From: Camelus ferus
Taxonomy: Eukaryota
Direction: 5' to 3'
Assembly (NCBI RefSeq): GCF_009834535.1
Contig: NC_045696.1
Coordinates: forward strand, 100,566,001 to 100,630,000
Length of the DNA stretch: 64,000 bases
Shown here piece by piece: positions 23,543 to 35,711 of the stretch. Under the pieces are notes generated by a model. That model was not told the origin of the DNA. It did not search any database and saw nothing but the letters and a program-made list of their open reading frames with translations. Each line of letters starts with the position of its first letter. Position 1 is the first letter of the stretch. Position numbers and translations under genes: made by a program.

Positions 23543-23959
23543 CTGGAGAAAAGAGAAAGTAACAACTCCTATTTTTTCACCGTTTATGTGTATTTGTATT
23601 GTTAGGGTTAATCTGAGTTTCTTTGCAGAACCCTCTTTTGAAGGCACCAGTCAGTTTTGTGAGGAATAATTCAGTTAAAACCAGATAACAATATACTTAA
23701 AGCTAGTTAGCCAGGGGCACAGACTGCTACACATATCACAGTAGGCTGGGAATGAAGAAAAAGCAAGGCACCACTCTCAATATCTCTGTCCTGGAACCTT
23801 CACAAGTCCTTCAGGATAACACACTGGTAATAAATAACATGTCACTCTTTACCATAAGGACTCAACTCAGAGAGGGGACTATACGGAGCCTCATATGAAA
23901 TATTAGTGAGATTAATAATGTGCTTTATTAAAAAGAAAGGGTCAATTCTATTTTTGAAA

Positions 23960-24435
23960 AATGGTTGAAACAATGTATTTCCTATCCCACATATTCTCCC
24001 GGAAGCTTATTATTCCTCCATCAAAATTTGTAGTCTGTGTTTTCTTCTGTTGAGACTAGCAGGGCGTTGGGACTGCCTCAACTAATGGAGTGCTCAGGAA
24101 GTCAGCTCAGGAAGGCAGTCTAGCTTCCCCCTAGTGCTCTGTCGTCTCTCTCAGGGATGCTTCCTTTTTGATCCCACTCACCATGCAGGCAGGCCATGTG
24201 TAGATGTCCTTCCCGGCAGCCCGGCTGAAGTCCTACCTGACAGACGGCACTGACTGCCAGGCATGTGAGTGAAGCTGGCACATGCCATCTTTTGAGCATC
24301 CCCAGCTAAAGCGCTGTCAAGCAGAGACAAGCTGTCCCCATTCAGCTCTGCTTAACTGCACATTCATGAGCTAAATAAATGACTGTTGTTTTACAGCACT
24401 AAGTTTGAGGTAATATTGTACTTGATAACCTGAAT
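23960..24435 (+). mobile_element. MaLR LTR (MLT1G/H-like)
   Basis: Ends taactgcacattcatgagctaaataaatgactgttgttttacagcactaagtttgagg..., the MLT1 3' signature. Confidence 0.65.
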
Positions 24436-26115
24436 AAGAAATTAACGTATTTTCCACACATTTCAGTGGATTTTCTTGCACGTACTACTTTGAAGACAAT
24501 TAACCCTGGTTGTAACTAAAGGAATCAGAATTAACTGAGGTTTGGGGAAGAGGGTGTCAAGATTATAAAACATGAGCTACCATCTTACATGATGGAAGTC
24601 CTTATTTACAAAAATATTACTTTGACCCAGTTGTCATTCTGCCCGAGTGTCCACCATTATATTATGTCTTGGATAAATATAGTGTTATTTTGTTGAAATT
24701 AAAGAGGCTAATGTATTAAACTGTTAATCATATATAAAATATTTCATAACTTATTTTCCTTTCACTGTTTTAGTAGGTGAATTGGAAGAAAGAAGAAGGC
24801 TTTGTTTTTTGGTTTTTGTTTTTTTAAAGGAGGGATTTATATATGTGGTTACCTAGTGGGAAAGGATGGACTAGACAAAGAGTGTTGAGTTGATGCAGTT
24901 CTGGTAACATATAGTGAAGACCAGAATTATCAAAGATGTGCGTAAAAGCTTTGAAAGTAGCCCTGAGAGGCTCCAAAGATAAGTTTCATATCGTAAATAT
25001 TTTTGTGTAAATGGGTTTACTTACCTGTTTAATGAGTTTTGATTTCAAACATTTTTAAATTTTCCCCTCCTATTCTGTCAGAGTTAGGAACTCATTATTG
25101 TTCAATGAAAATGATAGCTACTGTGGACATATGATTTATAGGAGTACAGAAAAGGCTAATGTCATTGTTTCCTTATGAGTTCAGGCAGGTTTGTGGGGCT
25201 TAGGACTTGGATATGTCCCTGCCAATTAAAAAGCAGGTGGCAGTGAAATATCAGAGATCCACAAGCCTTAGTCACACAGTATAGAGAATAGAAATTGAAT
25301 CCAATAGAACATATTTGAGTTGAAGTTCCTTGATGCAGCAAATTACGATATGGCTTACTTTGGAGATGGTGGAAATTTGAGAATTGTAAAGAATAATAGA
25401 TTCTTTTACTCATGTTTAGCTTGAAGCTGCAATGAACTATGTCACATGTGTTGTGTTAATGTTCGTTGCTGACATCTTTGCTACTGGTAGGTCTTTTTTT
25501 CTGTAGTGAAACGATCAGTTCTGTGACACCGTGGTTCTTAAACCAAAACATTCAATATACTCACTCTATCCAAGCAAAGATTCATTTTATTGTGAATGTC
25601 ACATTCTTTCAGCATTGCAAATGCCTTCACTAAGTTTTTGCTTATGCTGAAATGTGATTCCTAATAGCTCAGGTGGATATTTAAAAAAATAGATTTTTCT
25701 CTTTCAGGTCCTTTTTGACACCTAAATATATTGTGTCATATATAAGCACCATCTTACGATGTTGGCTAGACAATCTCTTGTGGCAATTTAATATATAATG
25801 AGTTCACAATATAATATACTCTTAATGAAGTCCAATTATATTAAGTTGATCATAATTTGTGATTTTGCAATTATAAATTATTGTCTAGTGGATATTTTGA
25901 TTATTTTTCCATCTCATGTTTGTCAAAATGTCTCATGATAACAAATCCCAGTAATTCATAATGAACTCTCAGGTGGTGCAAATTTGCATTTTAGTGATTC
26001 ATTTAATTAAGGAGGTCCTATAATTAAAAGAAAAGCATCCCCCTCCAAGCTTTAATGACTTAATAGTTACTTTCTTTTTTTATACTCTTAGAATTAATTT
26101 TAATGATGGTGGCAT

Positions 26116-27295
26116 TTTTAATAGACTTTATTTTTAGAGCAGTTTTAGGTTCAAAAAAAAAAATCAATAAAGCGTTCAGAGCTTTCTCATTTCCCCTCTG
26201 CCCCTACGCATGCACACCCTCCCTGACCATAAACATTCCTCACCACAGTGGTACATTTGTAACAGTTATGAACCTACACTGACACGTCGTTATCACCCAA
26301 AGTCCTCAGTTCACTTTAAGGTTCTCTCTTGGTGTAGTTCACTCTATTAGTTTTGACAAGTATGTGTCCACTGTTAAAGTATCATACAGAATAATTTCAC
26401 TGCCCTAAAAATCCTCTGTCTTTCACTTATTCATTCCTTCCTCTTTCCTAACCCTTAGCAACCAATAATCTTTGACTGTCTCCATAGTTTTGTTTTTCCA
26501 GAATGTCAATGTAGTTGGGATCATACAGTCCAGGGCCTTTTCAGTTTGTCTTCTTTCACTTAGTAAAATGCATTTAAGATCCCTTCATGGCTTTTTGTGG
26601 CTTGAGAGCTTGTTTTCTGTTAGTGCTGAATAATATTGCATCATCTGGATCTACTACTGATTATTTTTTGTTTACCTGCACAAGGACATCTTGATTCCTT
26701 CCCAGTTTGGGCAACTATGAATAAAGCTGCTATAAACATCTGTGTACAGGTTTTTTTGTGGGCATACATTTTCAGCGACTTTGGGTAACTGCCAAGAGTC
26801 ATGATTGCTGGATTGCATGGTAAGGGTATGTTTAGTTTTATAAGAAACTGTCAAACTGTCTTCCAAAGTGGCTGTACTATTATGAATTCTCACCAGCAGT
26901 CAACGAGAGTTCCTGTTGCTCCACATCCTCACCAGCCTTTGGTGTTGTCAGCAGTTTGGATTTTGGCCATTCTAACAGTAGTGGTATCTCACTGTTGTTT
27001 TAATTTACAATGCCTTAATAACACATGATTTTGATTATCTTTTCACATGCTTATTTGCCGTCTGTTTATCTTCTTTGGTAAGGTGTCTGTTTTGGTCTTG
27101 TTTTTAAATCAGGTTGTTCGTTTTCTTATTGCTGAGTTTTAAGAGGTTTTCGTATATTTTGTATAGTACATCTTTATCAGATATGTCTTCTATAAACATT
27201 TTTTCCCATTGGCTTATCTTCTCATTCTCTTGATAGTCTTTCACGAAGCAGAGATTTATAATTTTCGTGAAGCCCAGGTAATCAATTATTTCTTG
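26116..27295 (-). mobile_element. Old LINE-1 3' end (L1MC-like)
   Basis: tagactttattttttagagcagttttaggttca...gttatgaacctacactgacac...; ORF2 C-terminal remnants (ccaaagtggctgtactattatgaattctcaccagcag). Confidence 0.8.
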
Positions 27296-27617
27296 TTAAT
27301 TTTTTTAGATGAAAACAGTCCCTTATAGTTTCCTACAAAACACATAATTATTAACAAGAAATTTTGTCCAGATATACTTTTATTTCTTGGTTTGCTTTAT
27401 TTAAGGATGATGCCTCTATACTCTTAAATTCATTAATAAAACTATTTCATTTTTCCAAAAGCAAAGATACACGTACATCCATGATACAAGTTCTGTCTTT
27501 TCAGAATGTATTCAGAAAGAGTTTGTTCAGAATGAGGACTGGCAGAGAGCTTTAGTTCAGCCTAAGATATGAAGTGGTAGAATTTTAGTGTAATTTTCTA
27601 CATTCTGGAAAAATAGT

Positions 27618-27900
27618 ATATCATTAGGATTCAAATAGAGAAACAGAACCAGGAGGTACAAGACGCTTTTCAAAGAATCAGTTTCTATGATTGCGGGAGC
27701 TGGCTAGGAAAGTCTGAAATCTGTAGAGCAGGCTGTCAGGGAGGGCAGACCGAAGTTTCACGCATGGGCTGAAGCTGCTGTTTATAGGTGCAATTTCTTC
27801 CCATTCAGAGAAGCCTCAGTTCTGCTCTTAAGACCTTTCCAATTTATTGAATAAGGCCCATACAGGTTAACAGATTATTTAGGATAATCTCCCATTATTA
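27618..27900 (-). mobile_element. ERVL LTR fragment (MLT2-like)
   Basis: agagaaacagaaccag...aagtctgaaatctgtagagcaggc...aggcccatacag..ggataatctc, adjacent to ERVL internal sequence. Confidence 0.65.
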
Positions 27901-27929
27901 AGGATAATCTCTCATATATATGAATATGT

Positions 27930-29620
27930 TATAAACAATAAGGGAAATGTAAGCATTACAGTTCTCATTTCTGCAACTGTTCACATGGTCATAGATGGCT
28001 TTTATACCTATTGTCTTTCACCATCCATCCCATATTCCCTTTATCCTCCACAAGCACCTCAGCTAATTGTGGTAATTTGTCTGGTGATCTGACCAACTCT
28101 TTATTCCTGAGGGGTCTTAGCTTCAGTAGCCCTGCCTGAACTAGGTTGCAGTTTTCCATTGACTCTAATCACAGGACAATAGTACCAAGTGATGTCTTAA
28201 GGGATCTCCTGTATTCCAGACACACCTTTCTTGCCTGCACTGTGGAGGAGCAGTCCGATTTCCCCTTGGTAATCGGGACCAATCCCTCCAGCCAGTACAT
28301 TAAGCCTCTTCTTTGCCTCTGAACTAAAAGGCATGAGGAGCCCAAATCGGCCCAGTGGCAGTTTTAACTTCCAGCTCAGTGGAATCATTTTTGTATCTGC
28401 TGGTAGAAGCATTTACTCATTTGGAACTAAGGCTTCTAGACCAGCAGAACCTAAGGTGACCAAGATGGGGAGTAAGATTTTTGCCGGTGGATCGCTAGTG
28501 GGCAATAGTGAGTGGACCCACCTCCATTCCCACCTCCTGATTCCTGGATAATGAATCCTGGTTATGAGAAAAACAAGACCATGTGCTGAATGCTAATTTA
28601 GAACATATACCACATGCTAGAGAACGTGGCCCCAGCCCTGTCTAGCTCACACTGTAACTGAGTCTTCAGAAAGTTTTTTCACAAGTCTGTCAAGCCAGCT
28701 GCTTCAAGATGAACACGGTAAGATCAGTGGATTCCATAACCACAGGCCTACTGTCATATTTCACTTACTGTTAAATGAGCTGCTTGACAAGAAGCAATGC
28801 TCTGGACTACCACAATGGTGGACTAGACTTTTTGCAATCCCATGGGTGGTAATTTTGGTGGGAAGTTTGTGTACAGGTAAGACAAATCCATATGGAGTAA
28901 ATATCTATTTCAGAAATAAAAATTTCCTGCTTCCACAGTGGAAGCTGTCCAATACAATCAACCTGCCCTCAGAGGCCTGGCTGATCACCCCAGGGAATGA
29001 TGCCACACTGGGAACTCAGTATTGGTATCTGCTACTGGCAGATTAGACACTCTACAATGGCCATAGCCAGATCACCTTTGGTGAATAGATGTTCATGATG
29101 CTGAGCCCGTGTATAACCTCCATCACTTCCACCATGTTTGCTTTGGTCATTAGCCCTTTGAACAATGACGGAAGTGGCTGGGAAAGTGGCTGACTGGCCT
29201 CCACAGACAGGTCAGCCTAGTCACTTTATTAAAATTCTTCTGTGCTGAGGTCATCCTTTTGTGAGCCTTTACCTGGGAGTCAAATATCCTCATATTTTTT
29301 GCCTTCAGAGAGATACATATCCACATTCCTCATCCCCAGACCTGTCATCAATTTTCTAATCATTTCCTTCCAAATTTTTGAACCATCCACACAAACAATT
29401 TGGTAGAGCCCATGAACCTGAATAGACTTGACCTCTGTCCATTTTTCCTTCCAGGCACAAGGAACAACAGGTGTACTGCTCAGTGTACCCCCCTGCCCTC
29501 CAGTGCAGTCTCCGCGATGGGTTGTCATGCTATGACTTCCACCTTCAGGTGGCATATGTCTATCATTCAGAACCATCTGTAAACTATGCCCAGGTTTTCC
29601 CTTCTTCAGTGAAGTAATCA
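27930..29620 (-). mobile_element. ERVL internal region: decayed RNase H, integrase and dUTPase
   Basis: ORF 28197-28412 LLPADTKMIPLSWKLKLPLGRFGLLMP...LAGGIGPDYQGEIGLLLH matches the ERVL dUTPase pattern. Integrase-like (QVDCIGQLPLWK) and RNase H-like (xDGS) remnants lie upstream on minus. Confidence 0.85.
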
Positions 29621-31184
29621 TAGACTATTTATGAAACTATTTTTCTCCCTATCACAATTAGGGAAGTTAACAAATGGAGTAATATGTTTTAATAATATCC
29701 ATGAGAAGTTGAATGGTGCATGATGGAAAGTGATGGGATAAAGACAAGGAACATTTGTTGTCAAAAAATAGTGACAAATATGGATGGTGGATGCAAATGT
29801 ATGTGTATACATTACATAAGAATAAAGTTCAGACAGCTATAGCTTACATGCTCGTATATATAGTAACAGGTAGAAATATGGATTAATCAGGGAAATATCA
29901 TAGAATAACCAATTTATGATTCTGAAGTGACCTGAGAGATTGCCTTATTCAAATTCCTTATTTTCAGATGAGTAAGGTTTAAAGGATCTTGTATTGCTTT
30001 CCTGGTATCCCTTTCCAGTTTCTTCTTTTGAGCTGAATTTCCCAGTACAATTAACCAGTTTGGATTCCCTTGAAAATAATTTGTCTTTCCTGTCTTCCTG
30101 ACCTGTCTTGTATTTTCAACTGTCATCATTTATATCTAGATGTAGCACAAGAACAGAGGAATCAACAGCCAAATATATTTAGCTTATAATCTGTACATTC
30201 ACAGAATTCATGCCATATAAATTAGATGGCTGGATAAAAGCACTGCAATATGAAACTATACACTATTTTCTTAATTCTAGAGGTTCATTCCCTTTGCCCC
30301 AAGGAAGTTTCTAAAGGTATTAAGCACATGACTGTCTTTGAATTTCAGCACACACATTAGCAATCAAGTTATCTCCTTTGTTAGCAATTGGAAAACTTTA
30401 GAAGCTGATACTCCTGATATCAACCGAAAAAAAAATATCCCTTATACTAACACACACCAGTGTTAATGCCTACAGAAAAGAGAAATGTGGTTCAGCATTT
30501 AGTAGCTTTGCTACAGAGAAATTATTCACAATTCTTGGTGTTTTTCTGGGAAAACAAAAGTTAAGCCATTTTTTTCAAGACAAGAAAGGGAACACAGCAT
30601 TCATGTCAGCTTTGGGGTTTTATGTCTACATCCAAATTTCAATATTTTTTGCTATAAAGACAATATAATCTTTGAAATTAATATCTATAGCATATATAGA
30701 CATTTCTTCTTGAAACAAGGATAGAGGAATTTGTTCTTTCAATTAATTTTTAATTTTGCAGTTAATATATGACTACTCTCCTCAACTGCAGAGTCTTCTC
30801 CAAAAGTTTTCACCTTGGTGTGTATGTTTCCAGACACTTCGATACGTTTTTTTCATATATAAAGAACAATAAGCAACAGGTATCTACATCTAGATAGACA
30901 TCTACCTGTGTTTCTATATTGAAATATTTATCTCATTCTACTCATTATCCCTGTTCAAGGATGTTGCCAGAAGTAGCTTCCTGAGTTTTGTTCTTATCCG
31001 GTGACACCTCATTATTAATACTTACTGAACTGAGAGGGACTATATTATGAAAATTATGGAATAACTGAGTATATTACTTGGTAGCAGGAGGTTTGGAGAG
31101 AAAATCATAAAGAAAAGAGCAGGAGGGTAACTGAGTCAGAGTAATGGAAGAATTGTAAGAAGTCCAATAAACTATTGCTCTGGA

Positions 31185-31680
31185 GTAAATTCTCCCTTAT
31201 TTTCCTTTGGCGTATCGCCTCTCCTTCACTCTCTGTCCATGTTTGTGTGAGGTCGATTTACCAACTCTTGTGATGGCTTAAGTCAATCACTCTATTATCC
31301 CTACCCTCAGTGATTCATTTGAGGATGCACGTGGGTCCAACTGAAGCCAAGGAGGGTTGCACCCAGAGAGGAGAAACGGCCTTTCTCTTATGCTGAACTT
31401 GGAAGCATAAAGACATGATTGTGTAGCCCTTGACAGACATCTTGCCACTTCAGTTCAAGAAACTGCTTGAGAATGAAGCCAACCCCTCATGAAAGCAGAG
31501 CTGAGACAAAGAGAGAGAGAGAGAGATACTTGATGACATTTTTTAAGGATCCTGACTGTAGTCATACTTAAAACCAAAATATTTCTCAATTTTTCAGTTG
31601 TCTTAACTGAATTTTTCAATTTCTTAAACTAGTTTCTCTATATCTTTTTTCCCCCCTTGCAATAAAAAGGATAAGATTTC
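31185..31680 (+). mobile_element. Ancient MaLR/ERVL LTR (MLT1J/K-like)
   Basis: gtcaatcac...cagtgattc...catcttgccac...gagaatgaagccaac...cttgcaataaaaagg motifs. Confidence 0.5.
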
Positions 31681-33414
31681 CTGACGTGATTTGAGCATTA
31701 AATTTTCCTTAGTTAAACTTTCAATACATAAAGATGATCATATATCTTCTAAATTAAAATGACTTTTAGAGTGAAAGGGGGAACAATTATAGTTTCACAG
31801 GACCAAAAGGTGTAAGTTGTGCCTGTTCTTGGCAAACCCAGAAGAATGGCTGCACTAACCTTATTGCACATATTGGACTGATTGGCCCGACTCCACTCCT
31901 TAGAGTGAACTTAAATAAAATGAGCATAATGCCCACTTAGGAGCCTAGTTCCACGCATGTATAAGGTTTCTACTATGTCTGAGATAGATTTAAAAAAGAA
32001 ATTGGAGCAGATAAGGAGCAGGAAGTAAAAGTGTGCTTCCTGTAGCGTTGTGGCTCGTTTACATATTTTTTCTCTCTTTGATTTCCTGGCTTCTTTGTTT
32101 TCTCACTTCGTTGGTTTTTCTCTTCGTGCCTGACTAACCTGTCTGTCACTGTCATTCACAGTGTACATTATCAGCTTGCTAGTGGTTATTATTTTTCAAT
32201 AAATGCACATTTCCAATTTTACATTGGGAATCTGTAGAAAAGAGGAGTAAGTAATAGAAATTGTGTTTCATGTAGTACTTTTCTGGAATTAGTATATTCA
32301 GGAATCTCTGTCTAAAAAGCAGAAAAAACAAAACTTGGAGATTTATTAACACTTAACAGAACTTATTGTAAAATAATTTTTAAAAATCACAGAGTAGGAT
32401 TTTTAAAAGAATATAATTGCCAAATATTTATTCCTCCATTTCTTCAAATTATGCAAGAAAAAGCAAAATCTTTCTTTCTTTCTAACTTCTGTAGAGAACT
32501 CTTAATTTTTAAAAAGCATTCTTTTAATACCAGTTCTTGATTGTAATTATAAATTAGAACAATAATAAAGGGATTGTTTTTGCTTTACAATAATAACTTT
32601 AAAATCCAGGTTTTTTCTTTGCAATAATAGCTTATGACCCTTCTCAGTGCTGGTCAATAAACTAAAAATTAGAAAATGATTTATTCTTTCCATGCTGCTA
32701 TATTACAGCCAATACTCTTCTGCTTCATAACTACTCTTGAAAATATAATTTCCAATGGAGGCATTTCATAGAAAACTTGGATTTAGGGATCATTTCAGCC
32801 CCTGTGAGAACTGTCTTTAATCTCTCATAATATATATTTATGATTGAAAATTATATTTCAATGGACAACACTGTTTACTGCATGCTATAAACACTTATAT
32901 TTTGATTTTTATTAGTTTAACATAATTCCTTAAACACATCTCTCTTCTACATGTGTGGAGGTAACATGAAATGTGAGCCTCTGTTAGATTTGTTTTGTTT
33001 TAATAAAAAAAAGGAAACTCTTTGATCATTTAAATTAGCACAAGCTTCACAAAGAGCCAGATTTCCACACAACTAAATGTTGATGATTGGAAGACTTAAT
33101 GTGTTTTTACTATTACTATTTTCAATTTATATCAATATAATAGTGAAGTAATCTGTGTAGATCACCAAAAAACCATAGCAATAGTCCATGACGGTACAGA
33201 AAGTACAAGAAAAGATTTTACTTTCCTCACTTTATCCCTTCCTAAACCAGGAAAAATCCTTTCCTGAGGCAAAATGCCTGGCATTTCTTCTTATTTAGAC
33301 CTTCAAATTTGTATTTATGTACTTTTATCTTTGCTTATGAGTATATTAACTTTATACAGGATCTTTTGGCCCCTTGTGTAACTGAGTTCATTCTCCCCTC
33401 TCTTTTCCTCTCTA

Positions 33415-33768
33415 TTTTTTTTACTTTTTTTTTTAATTGAAGTACAGTCAGTTACAATGAGTCAATTTCTGGTGTACAGCATAATAGTTCAGTCATTCAT
33501 ATACATATATATATATATTTGTTTTCATATTATGTTTCATTATAGGTTACTACAAGATATTGAATATTAATTCCCTGTGCTATGCAGAAGAAACATGTTG
33601 TTTTATCTATTTTATGTATAGTGGTTAGTACGTGCAAATCTCAAACTCCGAATTTATCCCTTCCCACCCCCTTCCTCCCCTGGTGACCATAAGTTTGTTT
33701 TCTATGTCTGTGAGGCTGTTTCTGTTTTGTAAATAAGTTCATTTGTGTTTTTTTAGATTCCACATATT
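33415..33768 (-). mobile_element. 5'-truncated LINE-1 3'UTR
   Basis: Poly-T plus aattgaagtacagtcagttacaatg...ttagattccacata; same family as the 8350 and 19625 copies. Confidence 0.88.
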
Positions 33769-34705
33769 AATTTCAGCACTGACATTTTTAGTTTCCCTAT
33801 CAATTTCTCTTTAATTTAGCATGTTGTAGATATTTATTAACTTATCCTATATATTTTTATAGTCTGCATATGTATATATTTGTAAATCTATATATTTATC
33901 ATTTGCTTATTTAATCCATATTTATCTAATATTAATCTATATTATATAATTAAAACAAATTTGATTATTTGTTCATTAGACAATGTACTGATTTAAAGCT
34001 AATGACTATGAGACTATTTTTTATTTCTCTTTTTCCCAACTTCTTCTGCTACTCTCTGTCTTCCAATTTCTAGTTTTTACAGTTTTACTTACACAGTTCA
34101 GGTTTATAACAGTTATAAACTATTCTTTAAATATGATGGCCTTCTATATTTTACTGAGAAGCTGATTTTAAAAATTAGAGAATATAAATGCATTTAAAAC
34201 ATTAAGTTTATGTAAAAGGCTTTTACTCAAAAATGTTATTAACTCCAGAAAGATGAAAATGTAATCTTGTGCTATTTAATAGCCAACAGTCAATAAATGA
34301 TCTGCTTTGTATTATATTCTAATACAGTCTCCTTTAATTTTTTTCTAACATATTCTGTTTTCTGAGTCATACTTACTTGCCTTAAAAAAATTCCATCATT
34401 TTTTGAATTGAGATCTTGATTTTTTTTCTTCCTAGCTATATATTTTAAGTTAGTTGAATGTCTGACTTTATTTTGCCTTAAAATTTGATTGTCAGTTTTT
34501 CTAAGTTTTCTAGGTTAATTCTTAATACTTAAAAACATTATTGTCATCTGGGATATCAGCTGGCTATAGAAAATGTGATGATGGGTGATTTCATTTTTTT
34601 CTCTCTTTCTCCCTTGGCGTTATACTCATAAAAATTCAGAAATGTATTTCTAAATATTTGTCTTATTTAAATAGCTTGTTCAGTTGTTGTGCTTCTAAAA
34701 AAACA

Positions 34706-34796
34706 TTTTTTTTTTTTTTAGAATGATGTTCTCCAGGTCCATCCATGTTGCTGCAAATGGCATTAATTTATTCCTTTTTATGGCTGAGTAGTATTC

Positions 34797-34865
<69 letters not shown>

Positions 34866-34921
34866 TGTGTATACACCACATTTTATTTATCCAGTCATCT
34901 CTAATAGACATTTGGGTTGTT
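34706..34921 (-). mobile_element. Short LINE-1 ORF2 C-terminal fragment
   Basis: T-tract joined directly to agaatgatgttctccaggtccatccatgttgctgcaaatggc...tttgggttg. Confidence 0.8.
34799..34862. repeat. (GT)n microsatellite, ~32 units
   Basis: Perfect dinucleotide run. Confidence 0.97.
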
Positions 34922-35711
34922 AGTTCCTCTCATCCATAAATTTTGCTTCCTTCTGAAATTTTATTATATAGATATTCTCTCTCTTATTTCTATCTCCATA
35001 TATCTCTTTATGTTTCTCTTATATTTTCTATCTCTTACTATACACAGCTACAGCTACATGAAAAATTCTTTTCTCTTCATCAATAAACTCCTCCAATTTC
35101 ACTTGCTTTACCAGTTCAAATATGTCCATCATTTTCATGTTGTTTTATTTCTTAGCATCTGGTGTTATGATGGTCTGATTTTATTTGTGATTCTAAGACT
35201 ACAGTATTTGTAGCTGGTGCAGATTTTCTCTGCAGTTGTGTTGGCTTGTTTACCTCGAATGGGGATGACTCATTTTGGCATGTGTAGGAATCTTGGACAG
35301 ACACACATCCCTGCATGAAAAGCAGGCAGACAGACGGAGATGCTCAAAATTTCCAAATAAAGAAAAGTTAATATACAGGTTACACTTCATTGACGCTGAC
35401 ACAGCTTAAATTTTATTTGTCCTAGAAAAGACAAGGGTTGAAGAAGAATCTACTTTTGCCTGTGCTTTGTCTGGCAGAACAACTTGCCAATAGTTCAACA
35501 AAGAGCAATGCAGGAAAAAGTGCATCCCTGGCAGTGAGAGCAATGTGTGCAAAGGCACAGAGGCAAGGAGAAAGTGGAACAGGTGTTGAGTTGAAGTAGC
35601 TCAGTGTGCAGGGGCAAGGGGTGTATTCTGGACTGGTTCACCTAACTAGCTTCAAGATGGAGCAGAGATTCCCAGACCACGTTCAGCCTTTTTTCTGCCT
35701 TTTAAATGGAC

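Noticed and set aside
29914..30140. Purine-rich minus-strand stretch with two mostly open frames
   Set aside because: No convincing acceptor/donor pair and no recognisable peptide.
34745..34939. ORFs with CVCVCV, THTHTH or SIYL runs (also 4313-4537, 19971-20249, 54690-54953)
   Set aside because: Translations of microsatellites.
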